A DNA stretch of 62,961 nucleotides, counting the filler, from Collodictyon triciliatum (lineage: Eukaryota): assembly GCA_043381765.1 (NCBI GenBank). It is 4 parts of 4 records of this genome, joined end to end, with 100 filler letters (N's around TTAATTAATTAA, not from the genome) between each part and the next. Parts side by side here need not be neighbours in the genome. Positions count along the whole stretch, not along the records: positions 1 to 15,677 come from JBHJMP010001646.1; 3 more parts are not named here. One strand, written 5' to 3'. Under the pieces are notes generated by a model. That model was not told where the DNA came from, searched no databases, and was given only the letters and a program-made list of their open reading frames with translations. Numbering within the stretch: the stretch's first letter is position 1; the number at the start of each line of letters is the position of its first letter. The position numbers were made by a program, and so were the translations under genes. Of this stretch, positions 1 to 10,000 are shown one piece after another.

Positions 1-224
1 ACAAAAAAAAAAAATACAAAAAAAAAAAAAAAAACGTGGGGGGGGAAAAAAAAAAAAAAAAAAAAAAAAAAAAGACAAAGCAGGGATTGCAATCTCCTCC
101 ACAAAGCAAAGCTTGAAGTCTATCCCAGCATCGTCGCAGCCATGATGTTTCTTTCAAACCCCCAAGTAAACACATAGGCACATCAACTCCCAATATAAAC
201 ATAGCAAATCACTTCGGCAACAGA

Positions 225-1358
225 ATGGAAAACACGCCCCCACGGGTTGTCATCAGCCCACAAGCCGACCGGCACGGAGCTTCATGCTACTACTGGAAAG
301 CAAGCGACATCAAAACCAAAGCGGAGGCCCCACAACCCACCGATATTAACTTTCGGCACGCAAACATCCAAGAACCCATGACTCCGTCAGAAATACAAGA
401 TGTGAGTGGTCAGAACGAGCCGCAAACTCCCCGCACACCAGCCGATTCTGCCTCAGCCGAGCCCGGGTTTGAATGGATACATAGCGCGTCGTACGATGTA
501 AGCTGCGGCCCGGCTGCAGAAGGGCCGCAAGGTTGCATGCATGGCGGATGCATCGGGATTCTGCACGAAGGTGTTGGGAGCGATGTTCTGGGCCGGCCAG
601 CGAGCCATGTACTTGTGGAATACGTGCGCCCAGTGCCTCTTGTTCCCGGGCGGTATCGCATTCATGCGTATCGCTCAGGAAATCGGCCGCGGCTTGTATG
701 CACAGTCCTCTGCTCACTCGGGTCTGATAGTCGCGTCCTGAATCGCGGGCAGATTCTGGCCATGACAGACGAGGATGTTGCGGCTCGCAAAGGCGATGTT
801 GAGGCGCAAATGGGCTGCTTACATGTGAGCCAAGCTGCAGAGCCCAAGCTGCGCCTGCAGCCTCTTTGGTTCTCCAGCATCATGCGCAGCGAGACTGTGG
901 AGGTGGAGACGGAGATGTTTCATTCATACCACGAGAATAGGGCGAGGGAAATCGGGAGGGAAGTAGGGCTGGATTTCACATACGGAGCTGTGCAGCTTGG
1001 CAAGGAGTATCTTTTTGACTCGTTGGCAGAGGCCTTCATGGCCATCTTTCATGCCGGCCCGGACCAGTCAGACATCCACGACCGGAGGCTGCTTTCGACC
1101 GGATGGATCTTTTCGTGCTTTGACCAAGCCCTCGGATACTTTGTTGGGATGCATTGTGGCGGCGTCTTTGCAATGACCGCAGCGCTGCGCGTCCAGGTTT
1201 TGGCTCCTGCTCTTGTTTCGCGCTTTTATATGTACCGTCCATCGCTTCACTCGAGAATGGGCCGCCGCCTTCGTTTGGTTGCGGTCATGTCAGACCCGGA
1301 GACAGGCCGAGTTCACGCCACAGCAGACGCCCTTTTCATCACAAACTCGTCTATCTGA
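225..1358 (+). CDS. Tandem (double) hotdog-fold acyl-CoA thioesterase-like protein (PaaI/THEM4-like), single coding exon
   Basis: 377-aa uninterrupted ORF. First unit GPQGCMHGGCIG...VEYVRPVP matches the PaaI/THEM4 GPxGxxHGG motif. Second unit GWIFSCFDQALG...AMTAALRVQVLAP...HATADALF. Possible 5'UTR intron at about 166-223 (gtaaac...aacag). Confidence 0.7.
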   Translation: MENTPPRVVISPQADRHGASCYYWKASDIKTKAEAPQPTDINFRHANIQEPMTPSEIQDVSGQNEPQTPRTPADSASAEPGFEWIHSASYDVSCGPAAEGPQGCMHGGCIGILHEGVGSDVLGRPASHVLVEYVRPVPLVPGRYRIHAYRSGNRPRLVCTVLCSLGSDSRVLNRGQILAMTDEDVAARKGDVEAQMGCLHVSQAAEPKLRLQPLWFSSIMRSETVEVETEMFHSYHENRAREIGREVGLDFTYGAVQLGKEYLFDSLAEAFMAIFHAGPDQSDIHDRRLLSTGWIFSCFDQALGYFVGMHCGGVFAMTAALRVQVLAPALVSRFYMYRPSLHSRMGRRLRLVAVMSDPETGRVHATADALFITNSSI

Positions 1359-1865
1359 TGTCTGGTTTTCACATAGTGGTGGTAAACAATCGCTCCTCCT
1401 CTTGGGCTTGCTTGACTCGCCCTGATATAGAGGAGAGAATAAACAAAGAAAAAGAAAGAAAAACGGAAACGGTTCGTTGGGAATAAAAGGATGGCATTTG
1501 AATTGATTTCAAGGACTTTGTTTTGAATCGGTTCGGTTCGTTTTGATATATCATTCATCTAAAACGAGCGAAAATAAATAAATAACTGGTAGAACAGTAT
1601 TGAACACTTCCGTCAAACTGGCATCGCTACCATTAAACAATAGTAGTGGAAAGATTTGGTCTTGTAGCAACCAGCACGCGAGTGATGCTACTATCTAGAG
1701 CATAGTTTTGGTTTTGATATTAAGGTATCATTTCAACCCTAATTCTTGTTACTCTGGGTGACTTCAGCGTCAGTAATATATCTGCTTCTTTTTTTCAGTT
1801 TTTTTGTCCCTTTTTTAAATTATTCATTTATTACTTTGGGAGGAAAAAGGGAGGCATCTTGGAAT

Positions 1866-2164
1866 TCATTGATCTAGTGAGTCTAAATCAGCACTGGGTT
1901 TTGTTTCAGTTTTCTTGTTTGTATCGAATTGGGTTGGCGAATAAGCAAGTATCGCATCTCCATTCGAATCGAGGAGCTCTTTTGGGTTGTGACTCGAATG
2001 ATTTAATATGAAATCTGCAGCTGCGACATCAACATCAGTTTCTGGTTCAGCTTCGGGTTCCTGCTCGGCCTCGACATTTGCATCAACATATGTCCCGGTA
2101 GCCATATCGTGATTCTGCTCTTTCTTCGCCAACATGTCGGCCTCATACTTTTTTTGGACCAATT
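1866..2164 (-). CDS. Probable terminal exon of an unknown acidic protein (5' part unresolved)
   Basis: About 100 open codons (LVQKKYEADMLAKKEQ...EAEQEPEAEPE...LDSLDQ*) preceded by acceptor ttctcgcag. Upstream exons are ambiguous next to a repeat and N gap. Confidence 0.35.
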
Positions 2165-2224
2165 CTGCGAGAAGACTAAGTGGCTGATACTCTCTGTCCT
2201 AATGTCGCGTTTTTCATATAATTT

Positions 2225-2445
2225 GTCATATTTGTTTTGTTTGTTTGTTGTTTGTTTGTTTTTTGTTTGTTTTTTGTTTGTTNNNNNNNNNNNNNNNNNN
2301 NNNNNNNNNNNNNNNNNNNNNNNNNNNNNNNNNNNNNNNNNNNTTTTTGTTTTTTGTTTTTGTTTTTGTTTTTGTTTTTGTTTTTGTTTTTGTTTTTGTT
2401 TTTGTTTTTGTTTCTGTTTCTGTTTTTGTTTCTGTTTTTGTTTTT
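2225..2445. repeat. (TTTG)n/(TTTTTG)n microsatellite flanking an N gap
   Basis: Directly visible tandem repeat. Confidence 0.95.
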
Positions 2446-2617
2446 GGATAAATTTCGTTTGTAATGACCCATTTAAATATGCACATTCATAATTTTATCA
2501 CTCCATCCCACTGAGTTAATTTCTTCTTTCTTTTCTTTTTACTTTTCCTTTTTCTTGTCACATAATGTAAATCGCGGTGTTGGTATCTAAATAACAAAAA
2601 AAAAAAAATCCATTTAG

Positions 2618-3905
2618 AAAAAGAAATCTACCAAGGCGCTGCACAAGTCGTTGGAAATGCAAGTAAAGAACCCTCCCTGTTTCACTATCAATTTATGTTG
2701 CCTCTCAAAAGATAAACCACACGGTAGATTCATGTCTACTCTGAAATCGACACCTGCTTCATCTTTATCTATTTCCCAATCGTTGGCAATATCCTCACAA
2801 GAGAATCACAAATCATCACTTTGTAAAGATAAAAAAAATGAAGGGATAACAACACTTCTATGCCTTTGGACAATTTCAACAAGCACTTATTCCTGAAATA
2901 AACAGGGAGAAGTAATCGAGCGCATGGAGCCTCTGTTGGAGCCGTTCTCGTCAGACTACAGAGTCTTTTCGAATGCAGTTGTGTCGACTCTGCACAGAAT
3001 GCCGGTCTCAGGTGAATTACGAATCATGAGTTGTGGTGTGTGAAGTGTGAATTGTGAATTATACACATGTATAATATGACACAGGAGTCTGTCTCGACAT
3101 GAAAGCCGTCAAGAAGGAACTGAGCGACATCTGCGTGGTTCTGGCGCATATACAGAAGCAGCTCAGGCAAAGCGGTGTTCTTGTAAAGCACAACTTTCCA
3201 AAAATCAATATCATTCCATCACACAACCAAAGATAATCTTGTTTGATAGTTGTGCAAATACGCATACATGCATTAAAAGAAGGACTAACATAACGTAAAA
3301 TAAATATAAAGAAAAACCGTCTTCCATCATGCTTTTATCATCCCAGAGAAATCCTCATCATCCGAATGCATGCGCTGATATTATTATTGGACTAATGATT
3401 CCCCATTCACGCATCTTCGCGGCAGGAGAAAGCAAACGCACTCTGCCATGCATTCCAAACATTAGAACGCAGTCTTGAACATCAGCAGAGCGAAATCGAA
3501 AAGGTCGCTCGCAAAGCACGGAACTCGAAATCTGTTTTCCCCTATCGTTGTATTCTCGGCCATTCACCAGAATACTCAACTATCTACTTATTTATTTATT
3601 TACTTATTTATTTACTTATTTATTTGTTTATTTATTTGTTTATTTATTTGTTTATTTATTTGTTTATTTATTTATTTGCTTTCCTGTTGCAGACGTGGGG
3701 TTTGCTGCAAACGAAAGCGAGTCTGGAGGGTCAAGAGCGAAGCCTCAAGTTCCAGCTCGTGCAGGTGGGTGGCGAAGTCACAAAGCCACATCACAAAACC
3801 ATCACAAAACCATCACAAAATCAATTACAAACCCGATTACGAAACCATCACAAACACAACACCACGAAACAACAACAGATGCTGGAAGAGAGGAGCGGCC
3901 AGTGA
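2618..3905 (+). CDS. HAUS8/QWRF-like augmin subunit, C-terminal coiled-coil part (5' end not found)
   Basis: Phase-consistent GT-AG exon chain: KKKSTKALHKSLEMQ | GEVIERMEPLLEPFSSDYRVFSNAVVSTLHRMPVSG | VCLDMKAVKKELSD... | EKANALCHAFQTLERSLEHQQSEIEK | TWGLLQTKASLEGQERSLKFQLVQ | MLEERSGQ*. Resembles the HAUS8 segment Y..FA.ALD.T.H.LPV and the terminal E.SL motif. Confidence 0.55.
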
Positions 3906-4691
3906 TTCGACCGACCAATGCATCATCATCATCATCATCATCATCACGGAATTAGAGACATTCATGACTTCGAAGATAAACATGTCGCTGGCAATGTCGT
4001 TTTTTCATGACAGGTCGGATTCTGTGTTTTATTCGAACGACTCTTTCAAAGCCGGGAGGCAAACGCAGGTGTATGTGAATAAAAAAAAAAAAAGAAAAAA
4101 AGAGAAGCGAAGGCAGAAATCATTCAGGAGGACGCAGAGACAGAGTCGGATGCGTGATGCGTGACGAGTGAGTGACAACGCACAAAACAGACACACTGCG
4201 CAGAGTGCTCGGCAGAGAAACCAGCCACTGTTCGCACTGCTATCTCCATGTTTCTGGCCGCGACACAGAAAGAAGAGAGCAAAGGAAAAGAGAAAAAGAG
4301 TCGACACAAAGAAGGGAAAAGCACACGGGGCGATGAAGAGCAAAACAAGGACACAGGCGAGAAGAAAAAAAAAGGGAGCGGGAGAGAAACAGAAGGAGGA
4401 ACCGATGACGGAGGGAGCCGAGAGGCACACTTGAGACGCCCTTTTTCCCATGCGGTCAAGCTGTGTTGTGTGCGGGCGAATTAGAAACATAGACACCGAC
4501 AAGCACAACAGAAAGCGCAGTTATGTCAGAGGACAATAAGGATAGCAGCGTTTCTGGATCGACGATGGATGGAACACAGTCAGGACTGGTGCGCCGAATC
4601 AGTCATCGAAGGGAATGCTTGATTCTGTGATAGAGTATATTGAGAGAGGCATGTACCAGAGACGACGATGCGCAGACACGAGTGGAGAGGC

Positions 4692-6069
4692 TTATTCAGA
4701 AGACTCTGTCTTGGGCTCGTCCGCTTTTTCAGTGGTGGCGTTGGAGTCAGCAGCAGAAGCAGAAGCAGAAGTCGAAGCCGAAGCCGAAGCCGAAGCCTCG
4801 TCAGCCGGCTGCTCCTTGGCCTTGCCTTCCAGGAGGGCCTGGTTGTTTGCCTTAGCCTGCTCAAAGAGGGTCTGGAACTCCTTTGTATCTGCAAGGATAG
4901 AAGAAGCGCATTTGGGTGTTCTGGTTCCTTGAACAAAGGGAGAGTGCGACGTGAAAGACAGAAGAGAAACATGAAAAGTAGATATGAATGTTCGGCTTAC
5001 GCTCGACGGTGTTGAAGCGGATGGCCAGCTTCTCTACTTTGCCTTCGCCGTCAGCGTAGTCCTTGGCAACCCACACCCACGACTTTTCCGACCCGACGTT
5101 GGGTGCGAGTTTGTGGGTGGGTGAGACTGTGTGATGTATGCTTCAGTGATCAAGTTATCGCATTTCGAAAGGGAGAGAAAGGGTTCGTCGAGTGTGGTTG
5201 GTCAATTGGGGTGGTCTGGTGAGGTTACCAAAGTGGTTCAGGCAGATCTTGAGGGTCTGCTCACGTCTCATGAGAAGGCGGACATATTCTGTGCTCTAAA
5301 AGGAGCGGACAGAAAATAGGACAGACTTGCGTGAGTGTGAATATTATTGAGAACAGTAACAAAATGAGAAGCGCGTGTAATAGTGGTGATACTCACGAGG
5401 TGGTGAGAACGAGAGTTGAAAATGAGTGTTGGAGAAAGGCGAACTAGTTAAAAGGTTTGCGGGGAGTGTTATGAGTACCGACCTTGTTCTTGAGGAACTT
5501 GACTTCGCCGACACCACGTTCGCGCCACTCTTCAACACCTTCCTTGCCAGTTCCCCAGCGGTAGACTTTGGCGCGACTGGATAATATATTGGTCACTTGT
5601 TGATTGAAAAGCACAGAGCTCGCGGGGAAAATCACTTCCTCCGCTTCGAGACCAAGAGGCCCTGGCAAGTGTTACGTTTTCTAAAGCTCTGTTGTTGAAT
5701 CGTACGTTGAATGCGAGAATACTTACACTTTGCCAAGGAGTTCTTCGTCCTCATCGACTGCGGATGTGTTGACCTCAGGGAGTGTGACCACAGGGGTGAA
5801 AGAGTCTTCTGGGACGTACTCCTTGTCTCCCTCAACTAACAGGTGCGATTTTTAGGAGTTAAACTGATATTGGTCTTTGCTTATGTTGCAGTGAGTTGAA
5901 TAATATAATATTAGCGATCGCTTTCCACTGCTATAAAATACGCGGATACATTCGATTCCAGAGTTGAAAGAGCCATGAATACGTATGCAAGGGTGAAAGG
6001 AACGTCTGTGAGCTTCGTATTTTAATATAAAGAGAGGGTACCTTCGTTAACTTCCTCGTGATCAGCCAT
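4692..6069 (-). CDS. RANBP1: Ran-binding protein 1 (RanBD), 6 exons
   Basis: Spliced product MADHEEVNE|VEGDKEYVPEDSFTPVVTLPEV...|RAKVYRW...WRERGVGEVKFLKNK|...VRLLMRREQTLKICLNH|...PNVGSEKSWVWVAKDYADGEGKVEKLAIRF...|...FQTLFEQAK, followed by an acidic tail. These are canonical RanBD motifs. Confidence 0.93.
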
Positions 6070-7075
6070 GGCAGGTGTCTCTGGAAAACAGACGGGTTGC
6101 TTTCTGATTGGGATTGGAAAGAGAAAGGATGAGAAGGATGTTAACACGAGAAGGTTGGTGAGGAACTGAGCAGTTCGCCAGGAGTTTGTGTATGTCAGGT
6201 CTTTCAGGAGGAGCACGGTGGTTCTGGAGATTCGAATGCACAGCGCCAGGCCAAGTTTGGTCCAGACGAGGAATATGCTCATATCCAGTAGAGAAAAGGC
6301 CCGAGAAGTGGTTTCAGGAACTCGATCATGTCGGGAGAGTTGTGCTTCGACCCGTCAGACCTCTAGCTTCATCCATCTTTGCAAGCGCCACGTAGAATAA
6401 TCGTAACGCTCATATGGTTCAGCAACGAATTGGAGGACAATTGGGAAGTTTCTCAACCGTGGCGCCGATAGACGCGATAGGCACCGATGATATTGTTGCA
6501 ATGGGTGGAAAACCAGTAGAACTTGAGGATTGTGGTCTTCTAGAAAAATCCCGATGATTTGAATATTTGAATATTTGATTAAATGAGGTATGATTTCCCA
6601 GCTTTGTGGCAAATCCCAGTGCAACCGATATCGGACTGGCGGACAGGCAATGTTGGAATCTCGTTGATTATTTTTTTTCTTTTTATGATTAATGGAAATA
6701 TTTCGCAGGGTGTGGGATTGAAAGAACAAAAAAAAAAAATGTATCAGTGGGAAATCTGAGTGGGTGACCACGTTTTTCTTAAAAAAAAAAAAATAAAGTG
6801 TAGAACAAATCAAAGGATGAGATACTTTCCGCAATTATATTTTCATTTTTTTCTTCAAAAACAAAGAAATGGGTGGAGAAATAGCAAAGTTGTGAGAGGG
6901 ATATGCAACTGTAATGGATTGTTGAGTGTGATATGGAAAGAAAAAAGAAAAAGATTAAATCTCGCTGTCTGAGAAATAAAAGCAGGGGAGGAAAGAGTGT
7001 TAATCTTTTCGGGGTCAAATTAGTTGGTGTTGAATTCAGAGTCTGTCGCTGTCATCATCAACATCACCATCACCA

Positions 7076-10000
7076 TCATTCCACTGGCGGCGGCTTTATC
7101 TTGAGCTTGAGTTTGAGCGGAGTAGCTGACTGAGTTGCGCCTGGTGTGGCGCTGTTTTGCGGCGGCTCAGTTGAAGAAATTGGTGATTGTTGTGATTGTT
7201 GTGATTGAATCATCCTTTGTGTCGTGTTGAATGTATGTGATTGTGATGCAGCGTGTGTGTTCGAATCGTTTGTCATAAGCACTCGCATGGACTGGCTTGG
7301 TGCAGCATGATTTGTTTGTGATTGTGATTGTGATTGTGATTGTGATTGTGATTGTGATTGTGATTGTGATTGTGATTGTGATTGTGATTGTGATTGTGAT
7401 TGTGATTGTGATTGTGATTGTGATTGTGATTGTGCTCGGGCTGGCCCACTAGAAATCATTTTCAGTGCCCGTTGGGATGCACCGGGTGTAGATACGGTTG
7501 TCGGAGCCGTGATGATGGGCTGGCTGACTTGACTTGACTGCCCATTGTCCATCGAATTTGGCGTTCCTGTGTGATTGAATCAGCCTGTCAGTCTCACAAA
7601 ATAGCTTCTTTTTTTTTCCTAGGGTTTGTGTTTTGCTAAAAGAACGTGTTTGTTTAGCGTGCCTTTTCTTATCAGTGGGTTCATTCTCTTGACTGGCCGG
7701 TTCGGAGGTGAGTCGACCGCGTCCTGTGGTGTTGCGTGAGAAACATTCCGGGATTAAAAAAAAAACTGTGAACATGTCTTGTCATTCTAAAAGATGATAT
7801 AATAAGACGAAGGAAAAGAGAGAGATATACTGAAGAAAAAGGGCAGTGTAAAAGGATATATGAATGTACATCAATTGTGTGATGACGAGGAAAAAAGAGG
7901 GAAAATAAAAGCATTCATAACTCCGTGAATTCATGTATGGACATTACCGGGTCGGGCTCATCCGCACGCAATTTCCTGATCTTAAGAATTCCATGTCCGA
8001 TAGATTCCACGACATACGGAGACTCTGTTATTCAAAAATGTTGTCAAAAGAAAACAACACTCCGTGAATCAAGCAACTCCGCCATATGGCACAAAATAGC
8101 GCAAATGAGCAGAAACAAGAGTAATCGACCTAAGAACAAATATATCAAAACTAGGGGAAATAAGCCAATATGTTTCAAGAACTGCACATGTAAATGGATT
8201 ACCAGAGTCTGTGGGCAACTCGCGCTTGCGTGTCTCCGAAGAAAAAGACTCCCGCAACTTGGGAAGCAGCCCGCGCCCAGCCACATGAGTGGGATTAGTA
8301 CCTGCAGGCGAACGCAGCAACGTATGTTGCTTTGATATGTTCGAGTCGCTCGATGAGACCGCGTGATTTGCATGCGCTGTGTTTGGGCGTGGAGCAGGAG
8401 GAGCCGCCATGATTCCGTCTCTTTTGATTGGCNNNNNNNNNNNNNNNNNNNNNNNNNNNNNNNNNNNNNNNNNNNNNNNNNNNNNNNNNNNNNNNNNNNN
8501 NNNNNNNNNNNNNNNNNNNNNNNNNNNNNNNNNNNNNNNNNNNNNNNNNNNNNNNNNNNNNNNNNNNNNNNNNNNNNNNNNNNNNNNNNNNNNNNNNNNN
8601 NNNNNNNNNNNNNNNNNNNNNNNNNNNNNNNNNNNNNNNNNNNNNNNNNNNNNNNNNNNNNNNNNNNNNNNNNNNNNNNNNNNNNNNNNNNNNNNNNNNN
8701 NNNNNNNNNNNNNNNNNNNNNNNNNNNNNNNNNNNNNNNNNNNNNNNNNNNNNNNNNNNNNNNNNNNNNNNNNNNNNNNNNNNNNNNNNNNNNNNNNNNN
8801 NNNNNNNNNNNNNNNNNNNNNNNNNNNNNNNNNNNNNNNNNNNNNNNNNNNNNNNNNNNNNNNNNNNNNNNNNNNNNNNNNNNNNNNNNNNNNNNNNNNN
8901 NNNNNNNNNNNNNNNNNNNNNNNNNNNNNNNNNNNNNNNNNNNNNNNNNNNNNNNNNNNNNNNNNNNNNNNGCTTCGGACTTTGTGTTGTTGATGGAGAT
9001 ATTGCCGTGCCAGTTGTGTCAAAGTTGAAGGTTGGAGATGAAACCTTTGCTCTGAAACTAAAGGATGACTCCGGTACTCCTGTTGTACTTGGGAGGCTTT
9101 GCGGTGCGATAGAGGACGGGGATATTGTTGTCGAGAGGGCTTTGCTCGCATTTGTCGGGACCTTATAATCAGATGATTATTCCAGAGACGTGCGATTTGC
9201 AAAATTTGGTGATACTGTCAGCACAGAGAATGCATAGATTATGTGTATAGATTAATTTCCTTTTGTAATGTTTTGTTCTTTTATTTTGGAGTAAAATATA
9301 CAGGGGGCTGCACTTTCATCCACTTAGGTTTCGGGCGGGAATCTTCACGACGAGGTATAATTATGCATATGGTGGTTACAGAGAAGGGGGAAAAAAAAAT
9401 CAAGCGCTTCATAAGTAATGGTATAAACTGATTCAGTATTACTTTCAAACATAAATTGATGTATCGCACCGACATAAGAAACATTTAGAAAAAGATGGAG
9501 AAAATAATACCTTTCTCTATGTTGGTCACAGATATGACTGATCCGTTCATCTTTTCGATGATTGCTACCAGAATGCTTCGAAGCTCGACATCAAATGAAC
9601 CTTGTGTTCTGCGTGGATAAAAGAATTGTGCATTTAAATGTTGATTCCCAGCATAAATACACAGCTGAATTATATAGAAATGTGCTGTGAGTAAGCTCAG
9701 CATACTGCAGTAGTTTGAAGAGGGAATGTTTCTCTTCCAAGGCAGCCTCCCCAGAATACATTTTGGAGAAGAAGAATGATTGATAACCAGATAGTAATAT
9801 CTGTTTTTAAATGTATGTTGTGTCATTCGATTTATCAATTTTTAATAATAGAAGAGTAGATAATTGTGCCTCTGATGGATGTATTGGTAAACGTGCCTTT
9901 CTTCGCAGCTCGAGGTCTGGGTCTTTATGTATGACACCTGTGAGAATGGGGCGAATCAAACTGGAATAGGGCTTTAGGTGCATAAGACACTCGTATGCAG

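Noticed and set aside
7851-7859. ATATCCTTT motif on the minus strand of TAF2
   Set aside because: It lies inside a GT-AG intron (CCG|gtaatg...cacag), not at an exon boundary.
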